This document shows positions 25,601-36,165 of a DNA stretch of 64,000 bases, piece after piece (the first letter of the stretch is position 1; each line of letters begins with the position of its first letter). The notes under the pieces are model-generated. The model did not search any database. It was not told where the DNA came from and saw only the letters and a list, made by a program, of their open reading frames with translations. Origin of the DNA: Orbicella franksi. Taxonomy: Eukaryota. Position numbers and translations under genes: made by a program. The stretch spans positions 10,416,001-10,480,000 of the forward strand of contig OZ116698.1 of the NCBI GenBank assembly GCA_964199315.1. Reading direction: 5' to 3'.

Positions 25601-28600
25601 GCACAAAGTGTTCCCTCTTTTAGAACAACAGGGTCACCAAACCCATGCTGAAGGTAGTATTTTCTACAAAACAATTCAGTACGAAAATAAAAAACAACTA
25701 GTACTGTAAATTGTACATGACAGAAACAATTATTAATAATAAATAATTGCTAATGTTTCAAACCTCCAAGGGGAAGGAAAATTGGTTTGAAAAATTGGGT
25801 AGTTTGAGAAAAAAATCAGGGTTAAAATTACATTGTTCGACTATAAGAGGAGGGAAACAACTCTTGGTTCAAGTTATCAGGAGGTTTGAAAAATCCAGGG
25901 TCCAAGCAATTGGGATTCTACTGTATACAGAATAAGATACAAACAAGGCGCCTAATAAGAACCGCACTTGATAGCAACTTGAATTTGCCTCTGTTTTTCC
26001 ATTTCTGGTTCTCCTATCTTTGCAATCCAGAAGGATCCATTTCTGGCCAGTGATCCAACCACACAGACAGGAAATACATCTTTACCTAAAATGCAACAAA
26101 ATTGTCTATCATTGCCAGGCTAGTGATCCATGTGAGCAATTCATGAAATGACAGCAGTATATAAAATGTACAGCCAAAGGAGAACTGCACCTTTCAGCTC
26201 ATCGGGGAGATTAACACGGGGTTCTTCTGGGGGACCTTTTTGGTCTTCAGCTATAGGCTCTTGTGAAGGTTTTACACAAGGCTGATCAGACGAATCCACA
26301 ACAGGACCACTCAGTGGTTCCTGGTTGGTACTTGTAGTTTCAATGGGAACAGCAAAAGGATCTTTTTTAGCTTCGCTTTCACCATCTCCAGCAGGAGAAC
26401 TACATTGTGTAAGCATGGATGATACCTACATGAACGCAAAGATAAACTTAGGATGCATTGCATGACATTTGCTGCATTCTACAGTATAAATTATACTTAT
26501 TTTATGATCATTTCATAGTCTTCGTAAAAGGATCTTGTCACACCTACATGTACATGACTGTAATGTACACTTAAAGTTTACTACCTCGACCATGTTATCA
26601 TGATTTCCCAAAACAAAATGTATAATCTAACCACAAGGTGTTTAGAATTAATTTTCCTGGTAACCAAAATAGTCCAGGCTGTTAGAAAATGTTATCAACC
26701 ACTCAGTACCTTAACCGTGTGAGTGAAAAATCTGTAGACACTGATTTGATTCTGACAGGTCAAATTGTGTACTGACCAATCACAATAAAGTTCAGGACAT
26801 GTATGTGAGCAAACCTCAAAACCACAAACCAAATTACTGATGTTACATGTATTTGCAGTTTAGTTTCCTTGTGCATAATATTGGCTTTTCCCTTGCCACA
26901 CAACACAATGACATTCCATAAATATTTCTGGGGTTCACGGTTTACAGAGTTTCACAGTAACTTCAGACAATAACATTTATGTTGTACCTCGACTTTGACT
27001 ATCCTAAATATTTCAAAAACCTCATCCAACAATAATTGTCACTTTCAACTGTCACATTACCTGGCAAGGATACAGGATTTTAGAGAAGGGGGTCCGAGAT
27101 ACAGACTGCCAAAGGTGATCCCCTGTAGGGAGGTCCATGGGGTATCATCCCTCAGACAATTTCCAAAATTGAGGTCCTCAGAAATGGGATTTCCAGCATT
27201 GATAATAAAATTATCTCATTTTTTTTTAACTTAGGGTTTTTGACGAAATCCCCCGAACCCCCTACATGTAGATACACCCCAGCATTACCAAGCAATTTAA
27301 TGGCAAAAAAAAACAATTGTAGTGTTGAGCTGATTTCTAATTCTATGTAGCAAACTTAACTAGACAAACAGCCATGTACATTGAACCTGTTAACAGTACC
27401 TTTGCCAAGTAGTTGAAAGCTTTCTCGATTTTTGTTTCACAGTCTTTAATTTCAGCAATTCTCTTTTTTGCTGCATTTTGAAGATGGATCAACTGACTAA
27501 GAGTCTCCTGAGAGTACAAAAGAATACCAAACAATGCATTTACTAGTTCGGCCATGATAGATATTCACATACAGCAACAATTTTGAAAACCTTATTCACC
27601 AGAAATGTTAAAACTTTTGAGGAAAAAAACAGTTAATTTAACTGTACTAAATAAATGATGTACAAAGATGTGCACAATTTAATTCACAGGACAGATTTAA
27701 AACAGTACAATGTATCCAGATCAAGCAGCCTGGGTTCCAGCCCTAGCTGGGGACATCGTCTTGTGTTCTTGGGCAAGACACTTTACTCTCACAGTACCTC
27801 TCTCCACCCAGGTGTATAAATGGGTACCAGCAAACTTAATGCTGGGGAAGACCCTGCGATGGACTAGCATCCCATCCAGGGCGGAGTGGAAATACTCCTA
27901 GTCGCTTCATGCTACAGAAACCAGGATAAGCTCCAGCCTGTTGGGCCACTTGGCTTGTATGCAGACTTTAAAAATAATGTAAATTTCTCAAAGAGCTCAG
28001 AAAATTTCAACTCTGTTTTGCCAAATCTAATCATTGGATTTGGTTGGTGGACTTCTATAGAAAATGAAACTCATTTAGAAAGGCAGTACATGTATTCACA
28101 ATTAAGAAATGTTATTAAAGTAAATGGGTGAAATTATTAATTAATTAATTAAAAAAAGAGCTGATTGTGGGCCGCCTTTGACTTGTAGTTTACATCACCC
28201 AAAATCCATACCTTTTCTTCTGTTTCTGTATATTTTAACTTTGTCAGGACATTTTTAAGCAGATCATTTTCTACTTCTATTAACCTAAGAAAGAAAAAGT
28301 TTTAAATTTTCTGATCAGAACAGCTACTGTAGTTCAAGTACATGCAAACTCTGTCACTGAGAGAGTCTAGTAATGAATAAAGTTACGATGACGTCGACAT
28401 TCCATCTTCTACAGTACATTCTAGAAGCTTTTAACTTACTTTTCAATGTCGCTGACATCTTGAGACAGCCTGCGTTCTTTTGCCTATTAAACAATCAAGT
28501 TAGAACAAGAAATAGTTAATACCTGTAGTAGACCTTTACAAACATCGTATAGTGCCTGTACAACTACATGTACTTGTACCACTCATGAAGCAAAGAACTT

Positions 28601-30952
28601 AACAAGGTTGAAAGGAGGTAAATTGTACATGTAGAAATAGAAAAAAGCATACCATAAATCCTCCACATGTATTTAGAAATGCTAGTAAAGTGCCAGATTA
28701 CCCCTGACTTTTTGCACCATACATGTACTCAATAAATGAGGAGTTATATATTTTGCAGTTAATTACCATTCTTATTGAACATTCATGTATGAACTGTTAA
28801 TAATTTTTCCAAAGATCACAAGTACTGTGCATGGATGTGCTTATTTTTTGGTTATAAAGGAGAAGAAAGTTAAGTGCTTTATAAAGAGGAGAATTGAAAA
28901 TTTCTGGTTGTAAAAGGGTTTCTTTGACATGGCACTTCACAGAGGATTCACAGTTACTGTAGTTAATTAAGGCATTTTGATTTTCTATGGCATTACAAAA
29001 CACTACATGTACACCCTTCCTACATTGCACCATAGCCCAATTCCGAGAGCCCTAAGCTTCTCTGTCAAAGTGAGGCCTGGTGCACAACCATTCATACGAA
29101 AATGAGTTTAATCTGCATGTGAATGAAATCTCATTTTCATAAGAAAGGACGGGCAACAAGACTCACTTTGACAAGGAGGCTAAAGGTAATTAGCATTTAT
29201 ATATTAATTACATTTTAATGAAAAACTAAATTAAACATTTTACCTTCAGTTCCAATGGCTCAACTTTGTGAGCCCTGAAGACATCAAGGCTGTGTACTTG
29301 GATGTTACATTGCGCGCACAGATTTATAATACTCTCTGCAAAATTCAATCATCACTGCAGTAAGGACACTCAAACTGTAAACACATGACATTTTTTTGTA
29401 CATTTTTTTGGTTATATAATATACAAGAAAAGCATTTTATAAAACAAAAAGGAATCTTGTTAATTTGAAGAGCCCTCATTCTGCAGTCACTAAATAACTG
29501 CACAAAAAATCTCAAGAGTTCACAGTTTAAATGTCTTCACTGTAACACTATTAATAATATACATGTATATCTATAACAACAGCATTTAGCCAAAAGAGTA
29601 AATTCCTGAGCAATACATGATTGGTTTGCTCCCAAACACGAGATTCCACAAAAAAGGAATTATGGCAAATGCTAAATTTGAGACTTTGCCAGATGGCCAG
29701 TCTAATTAAGAGATAGAAAACATTTACCATGTTTATATCAAGTTTTAGTATACATCTACTAACGTTCTATCACGAATGCTGTTCTCTGATTGGCTACGCT
29801 ACTCACTATCTTTTCTGTGATGGATAGTGAGTAGCGTAGCAGTGTGCCCTTGTTAACAAAATGACGGCCGCTTCTTGGCGTTTACGAAGTATCTGTGAAG
29901 AGGATTTAGATTAAGTTTTGAACGACTGGTAGATTTATACTAAAACAATAATATTAGATTATTCGCTCTCGATTTCTATCAACCGATAGTTGACCCGGGA
30001 GAATGAGAGATGTTATGGGAACACAAGCTAACCGGCGAGTGTTTCCATAGCTTTTTTAAATTCTCCCAAACTTCCACAAGTGTTTCTATAACTCAACAAA
30101 ACCACGGAGAATATGTTTTCTATTTCTTTTAGAAAATTCTGTGACGAAAAAAAGAAATCAACTTGGTTAATCGATCATCAAAATGTAATTTCTCTTTTAT
30201 CATGCCATCATTACGTGAACAGCTCGTGCTGGCTCTTGTTTCAGTCGAGTTATAGAGATATGATTTTAAACCAATCAGCGTACATATTTTCTAATATATT
30301 TTACTGAAGAGATTTTTTAAGATATCTTCTGTCACATTTCAACTGTGACAAAACCAATCACATGGTACAACTACACATCGTGGATCTTTCTCACCGTTTC
30401 TGGGAAACGAATGGTGTTTCATTAGGGTTTACCATCTTGTGCACGGGTTGGTGACTTGTTTCAGAGAAAAGCATTAAAAATAGTCCCAGTATCTTGCAAA
30501 CAAAATGTAAAATCTTTTTTCACGGTACCTCTGCCGCAATCCCAAGCTCGTGAAAAATAAACATGACACTTTGTCGCTTTTTTCTCAATTCTTGGAAACA
30601 CACGGTATCCAAGAAAACTACAATGGCAGTTTCTTGGTAAAACTTACCAAACAAATCACAATTTTCATTCTAAATTTCAACAGATTTGCAGCGCACAGCA
30701 ATTATTTTTTCTCTCGTCACGTGCAACCAGTACAATATTTTGCCTGGGCATACTTCGGTACACTTTAACATGGCAAATGAAATATTTATTGAAAGCAAAT
30801 GGTTGGAATAAAAAGACTTGCGGGAATAAAATTACTATGTACAGACAAATGAAAAAAAATAATAACTTACCATATTTACAATCAAAACATTTGAAATCTG
30901 CACGCTTTTCCGGATGATTGTAGCAAATAGGCGACATGGCCACGGCGGCCAT
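12808..30952 (-). CDS. B-box / coiled-coil / Tudor / YTH / Tudor protein (RNF17/Qin-like Tudor scaffold carrying a YTH domain), about 1376 aa
   Basis: Phase-consistent exons (high-low): 30952-30871, 29335-29244, 28483-28440, 28284-28212, 27507-27400, 26425-26191, 26085-25968, 25663-25534, 24391-24296, 23914-23864, 23472-23410, 23058-22965, 22376-22351, 22217-21036, 20638-20101, 19437-19252, 18159-18001, 17505-17356, 15913-15796, 15181-15052, 14602-14504, 14122-14078, 13511-13451, 13345-13293, 13005-12808. Total 4131 nt, one open frame. B-box CYNHPEKRADFKCFDC...LCAQCNIQVH...AH. Tudor1 GTLCAVR..EFCRTRI..RFLDLG..FQALECCL. YTH IWCST..PVFLLFS..FCGMAEM..DIKWI. Tudor2 FWAR..CAVKGLDDYWYRALV..RLLDLGE..PAQAFECSL. 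The 26-nt exon and the last three exons are less certain. Confidence 0.85.
13654..13686. repeat. (CAA)n microsatellite
   Basis: About 11 tandem CAA units read directly. Confidence 0.95.
13891..13953 (+). repeat. Fragment of an interspersed repeat also present at about 29074-29137
   Basis: GCCTGGTGC(C/A)CAACCATTC(G/A)TA(T/C)GAAAATGAGTTTAAT(T/C)TGCATGTGAAT occurs at both sites. Confidence 0.8.
16937..17076. repeat. 140-bp imperfect palindrome at one end of an interspersed repeat (about 16770-17076)
   Basis: Arms CACTTAATGACTGG..CAGTGAGTTTTGTTTCCCC..CCTCAATGTT / AACATTGAGG..GGGGAAACAAAACTCACTG..CCAGTCATTAAGTG. Apex CGGCTTCCCC. Confidence 0.85.
17141..17310. mobile_element. MITE with about 45-bp imperfect TIRs; decayed relative at about 6370-6500
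   Basis: AATAGATCATAGTCATATTTTCGGTATTAGACTGGAACTAGCT ... AGCTAGTTCCAGCCCAACACCAAAAATATGAACATGGTCTATT. Confidence 0.75.
21230..21662 (-). other. YTH domain (YTHDF-like, divergent) within the Tudor gene
   Basis: ARFLMIRSDIRRIVEGMKFNIWCSTAYANQKLNRVF..PVFLLFSGIRTSMFCGMAEMVSAVD..GRCDIKWIYASNV aligns by eye with the YTHDF pattern ([54 protein letters not shown]). Confidence 0.9.
24568..24837 (-). mobile_element. Possible decayed Tc1/mariner transposase fragment (HTH region) in an intron
   Basis: VVKRLYISTGTVHAIICQKL resembles the mariner helix-turn-helix (IS.GTVH.II..KL). No DDD motif or TIR was seen. Confidence 0.3.
27058..27200 (-). repeat. Interspersed repeat fragment; inverted relative at about 61820-61960
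   Basis: GGATACAGGATTT..AGAAGGGG..CGAGATAC.GAC....CAAAGG.GATCCCCTGTA..AATTGAGGTC..CAGAAATGG matches the reverse complement of 61826-61958. Confidence 0.65.
27714..27970 (+). mobile_element. tRNA-derived SINE, 5'-truncated copy
   Basis: Colinear with the 60421-60726 and 56907-57201 copies (GGCAAGACACTT.ACTCTCACAGT.CCTCTCTCCACCCAG.TGTATAAATGGGTACC ... ATGCAGACTTTA). Confidence 0.85.
29755..30310. repeat. Composite of interspersed-repeat fragments
   Basis: Short hairpin GCTACGCTACTCACTATC..GATAGTGAGTAGCGTAGC. AAACAATAATATTAGATTATTCGCTCTCGATTTCTAT is shared with the 41325 palindrome family. Confidence 0.55.
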
Positions 30953-31251
30953 GGCCGCGTCGTTCCTCCGAGAAACGACCTCTTTAGGTGGGTTTGTTTA
31001 GCTTTCTAAACCGAAAAGAAAAAAAATCACAACTGTTTTCACGTTTTTTCAGCTGAAAATACAGACAAGAACCAACACAGTTTCCATCCGCTTTCATTAA
31101 CACTGTGATCACTTTTGTAATTAACGATTGTTTTGTCACTGGTTACGCATGCTTCGAAGTCTCGCGCGTTTTTCCTCCGAAGATGACGTAGATAAGAAAT
31201 ATTAGATCGTCGGCTTATCTTCGTAAGAGTTCCTCATCCATCCGACGATGC

Positions 31252-31264
31252 GTCGCTAAGTAAC
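31252..31264. promoter_or_regulatory. RFX X-box-like motif in the divergent promoter between the Tudor-YTH gene and FAM166
   Basis: GTCGCTAAGTAAC matches GTNRCC(N0-3)RGYAAC except for one C>T change. Confidence 0.45.
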
Positions 31265-31800
31265 AGATGGAGCGTCTTCACTTTATTACAGAACCGCTGG
31301 TCAAGAGGAACGAGTGCTCCCATTGATGCACAAGCTAGTGGAAATCGCTGGAAAAAATTAGGAAACTAGACTGTTAATTTCAAAATTCTTTACTCATGCC
31401 CATGAAGATTTTCGTATTTATTTGTTTCGCTTCCGTAAACCGTCTCGCTTTTTCCTTCTTTTATTTGATCCCGTGACTACATCGCCGCTCTGTCGACTCA
31501 CGATCGGGCGAAAAAAGCGCTTATCTTAAATTAAGCTGAGAATAATGATAACATATAATTGAAAATAAGAGAGACCGCCTATAGACTTAAAAAATTTGCA
31601 TGCAAATACAAAACGCTATCTACTAAAATTCCCATGGGGTCACGCGGTCTCTGTGTCTTATTGTTAAATGATGTCATACGGATAATTAAGCATAATATAT
31701 TTATTAGTCAATTGTCCTTCAAGTTGGACTTAAGTGGCCAAGTGAATTATGCGTTTCTAAGATCACGCTTTCATTCGGTTGAAATTTTCTGGTAGCAAAA

Positions 31801-34599
31801 ATGAGGGGAACCAGAAAATCTACGCTTATGACTCCCGATCCCTATCATATCCCGGGGTAAGTAATTGCTAAAAGCACTATATCACATATTTGTTTTATTG
31901 CACGGGCATATCTGTCGATAAATTGCGTGGTTCTCGCGAACGCTTTAAAAACTTTTTGACATTATTTCACCAGCGAGTTTTGATGTCTTTAATATGGTTC
32001 CGTTTCTTACACAGGTATTGCGGTTACTGTCCACAATTCAAGTACCAAATTGGCGATACATTCGGCAGAACTACCTCGCAACTTTTGACGACATCTTCCG
32101 TGGCGAGTTCTGGCAAGCCGGTGTTATCCGACATCACTCCGCAGCCTCGACCACCGAGAGATGGTAGACGAGCTCTGATAGCCACGCGAAGTTTGAATCT
32201 TGGCGATCAAAAACTGTGCGACGAGATGGTTCCGAATTACACGGGTAAGCGAGTGAAACTATACTGTTTCTTTAATACTAGCTAATGCTTGGTCAACTCC
32301 GTTCTATGTTTAAGCAATTAGCTAATCCTGTATTATAATCTTCGATACACAGAGGAACGTCAAAGCCTTTTTTCGCGAGAGCTCTACGTAGCAGACAGCT
32401 GAAACGAAACTAAGCCTTTATTGACAAGCGTAAATGTTGAATAATGCTGTCTTGCCTTGCCATCGAACACCGCTAAACCATTTTCCTGCCGATAGAAAAC
32501 AGATCGGAAGAATTTCACAGTAACAAACCCTGAACCGTCTTTGTCCGCGCAATTCGCTTTTTGCGATTTAAGTAAAAGCATCGAAGAGACCGACAATTTT
32601 TACTAGGAAAATTAATAAATTGAGTTTAATCAAGCAAAAGCGATACTATAAACTCTTAAATCAGTTTTCAAAATGTTGAGAGAGCAGACAATCGAATGTT
32701 TTCATGTTGTGTGACTCTGTGGTTCCACAGTTTACAGTCGTTTCCAAGGAAGCGACCTGACTCGTTTTTAAGGGCTTTAAAATATATGTAATGTATGCAT
32801 TGTCCATCAAGATCGTTGACCTGTGATGAACTTTTGTATGTTATATTTGCCCGTGTCACCCGCTTTTATACATTTGAATGTTCGACTTTTAAATTGACAC
32901 ACAATTCATAAAAACAAGTTTGAAAGAGCAAAATAAACAAAGATTATTAAATATCTGGCTTTTTTGTCAAGCGTAAACTTCAAAATTATTGCTGTAAAGA
33001 ATGTTTATCGTACGATGTGAATCAGTCTTGCCGCCCATTGTTATTTTTCTATTATTTTTAAAATAATTGACTGTGATTTGATTTGTCGATGAACGAAAAG
33101 ATGTTTTATAGATTACAACTCTTTCTAAAGAAGCATAATAATTAAGCACACAAATTGGCGAATGCAACGCCAATCGGTTTTGTAGTGCTTGGCCAGCGCC
33201 AGACCGAACGCTTCAAATCCTCAACAGTCCTGCAAAACATGCGTGACTTGTCAGTGGACCAACTCAAGTGACGTCAAAATATCCAATCGTTTACGCTTTA
33301 TGTAACAAAGCTAAGTCTACTTTTTTTCAGGTTACATACCCAAAGGAGAACATTACTTTGGAAAGCCGTACGCAGACACCTGCCTTAGCGCCATTGCCAG
33401 CTTCCAAGAAGATCAAGTCAAACACCATCGGAAAATCCGCGATCTTAGAACCATCGCAGAGCTACAAAGAGGCAAAGAAGTTCCGCAGGAACTTCTTTCC
33501 GATAAAACTCTGATTACTACTAAGTACAAAACTCCACTAAAGTCAATCACAGTGAGGCCCAAAGCCTACTTCTCACCCCAAGCGCTACAGCACTCGCTTT
33601 CTCCCTTCATCATGAGTAACGACGACCCGAAGAAATTCCTCATGTCGGGATACACCGGATTTGTCCCACGGGCTAGGGGTGAAATGGGCGTGGGATACCC
33701 ACTGTTGACGAATAAAGCGCTATGTGAGTTCACGAATGAAAGCGAGCGGCTGAAGCGTGTTAAGGATCTGCCCGTGACAGTTGTCCGTCCTGAGATTAAA
33801 ATAGTAGACACCAAGCCGATTTACGTGAAGGATTCGGGTCAGGTTCCGCACTACACTGGACACGTGCCAGGTAACTTATTGACTCTTGTGTAAGTTACAA
33901 GCAGGTCTCTTTGAACCATACAATCTCAAGAGCGGGAAAGATGACCTCGCTCCCCGTTTCCAGTCTTCGCGCAGCCGTTTTCTCGTAGCAGTTTTTCCTT
34001 TGCTTTTCGCCAACCTGTCGATCGACGAGGGAAAAAATGAGACTGTTGTTAGTCCCGCGTGTCAAACGTTATAAGACGGTAGACGGGATTAGGGAGGGAG
34101 GAGTTTGGTCTCTGAGTGTGAATATGAGAAAGCAGTAAATTTATGCTTATTTTCTTTTTCTCGATAAAGCTAAACTACGAGCAGTCTAGCTTTATCGAGC
34201 TTTCTCTCTTTTGCTCAAAAATCCGTGTGGAAGAACGCAAAGAAGAACGCAACACAAGTATGCGGGGCTAAGGACCGCTCGTCTTTCGGCGCCCGCTCTA
34301 CTCGCGGCTCGCACGTCACGCTTGCGCGCTCACTTGTTTTGCGTTATTCTCCATGGATTGAGGAAAAGAGACTGCTCGCAGTCTACGATAAACCAGGCGC
34401 TATGAAATGCAACATGACGGCGAAGAATTCAGCAGTGTTACGAATCAGTTCAAAGACTTATATCTGACTTTCGATCGCTGTCACATTTTTCACTTACTTA
34501 GTCTTGTTTGGTATTCTTGCAGGTGAGAAGTTCCGATATGGAATGACATTTGGATACAGTACTATGAATGCAGCACCAAAAAAGGCCCTTACAGTGTGA
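31801..34599 (+). CDS. FAM166: FAM166A/B-like ciliary microtubule inner protein (CIMIP2 family), 300 aa
   Basis: Exons 31801-31856, 32015-32244, 33331-33870, 34523-34599 (903 nt, phase-consistent). Repeated PGY.G..P motifs: [70 protein letters not shown]. Confidence 0.9.
34171..34385. mobile_element. MITE (TAGACTGCGAGCAGTC-type TIR) with 9-bp TSD in FAM166 intron 3
   Basis: TAAACTACGAGCAGTCT ... AGACTGCTCGCAGTCTA. Flanks CGATAAAGC / CGATAAACC (8/9). Confidence 0.75.
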
Positions 34600-35169
34600 G
34601 GACAATTTTAAAATGAGCCAGCACTACCCAAACAGTATGTGTAACGAAGAAAATTTTAAAGCATCATCATCCGAGTGACAGGATATATCCTACAAGCATC
34701 AGTACATGTTTAGAGCAAAGCATTTATTTTGTAATCATGAAGACCATCATTATTCAGATATTCTGTTAATTTTGGTTAAGGTTGAATTAAAAAAAATCTG
34801 CTAGTAAACGATGGATGGTTGCTTGATTGTTAAACGGCTTGCGGTTGTTAGTTGCTCAAGACCCAATGGCGCTATGAAGACACGGGGAAGGGCGGTTCCT
34901 TTCGCGAAACCCTCACACTATTTCATACCAAACTTGGGGATTCTCGTTCGTTACCCTTTCAAAACTGAACCAAAACGCAAACCCTCTTCCACACCTCTTA
35001 TATTAGACTATCACAAGTTCGGTTTGTCCTCGTGTCAAATTTGAGAAAGGATTCGAATTCCCCGATTTTGTCCGGAGAAAAATTTCATCTTAACAGCATA
35101 CTGAATTCTGGACCACAATGCAAGATACGCCCCCCCCCCCCCCCCCCCGCCCCTTCTCCCCGCTACAGT

Positions 35170-35287
35170 TAGCCTGCGAACAGGCTCACGTTTGAGGACC
35201 ACACGCGCGAACGGTGAAGCCAGACTTCTCCTGCAGGATTGCTTCGCTCGCGCGTGGGACTCAAAAGGTAAGCCTGCTCGCAAGCTA
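35170..35287. mobile_element. MITE (TAGCCTGCGA-type TIR)
   Basis: TAGCCTGCGAACAGGCT ... AGCCTGCTCGCAAGCTA. Flanks match 6/9. Confidence 0.65.
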
Positions 35288-36165
35288 CACTTCAGCCTAA
35301 AGTGGTAAAAATTTACTCGCTATTTCTGACCAAAACAGCTCACAACGGTACTTTGAGTCCGCATACACTTATGTGTACGTTACTTTTGAACAGTGTATCC
35401 ACGCGGGCAAATAGGCTAAAAAACCGGCGCCAGTGATCGCTGTTCTAAACACTAAAAAATGAGTAGACGTGACGGTAGATGCGAATGCAGCCATAACACT
35501 ACTGGAAAAAAAGACCTGAAAAAATTACTATAAAAATGGAGTGTACTCTTGTTTGTCTCAACTGGTTTTACTAGAGATAAAACTCTTCCATCTCCTCTGA
35601 AACATTTTGCAAAAGAAATCAATATTTTTTTATCCAGACATGTAAATTGAATAACAGCCTGATAGGATATGATAATTATTTTCCATGCATTGCTATTTAC
35701 ATTTCTGATTTTCACGTTAAAACAGCTCAACGTCAACGAGATAAAGACGAAAACGTAACCACGGTGTATTGAGATTGAACAAATCAATTCATTTCAATGT
35801 GTAAGTATACACAACATTGAAGTTTCTAGAGGGACTTAAGTCATCCCTTACATGTTTTCCAGCTGTGAGCTCTTTTAAAGTCACAGCACTGAATTAAGAA
35901 ATCCTCTCTTTTCAGTTTATCTGCAGCTTTCGCACTTCAGTCCTTCCACAACCAAGAATCAAAATTCGCCGGCGTTACATTAGTATCCTTGCAGATTTTT
36001 CTTTGCTTTCGTTTATTTTCCGTGTTCTCCGTGGAGGCAAGCGATGAGTACGCACACACCTGGTTTAGCTGCTGGCCGAACATCCGAGTTTAAGCTACTG
36101 GCAACCTTAATTGAATCGGCTCTCTTCCATTACGCCGATGACCTGAATTCCTTCCAATTGTCATT

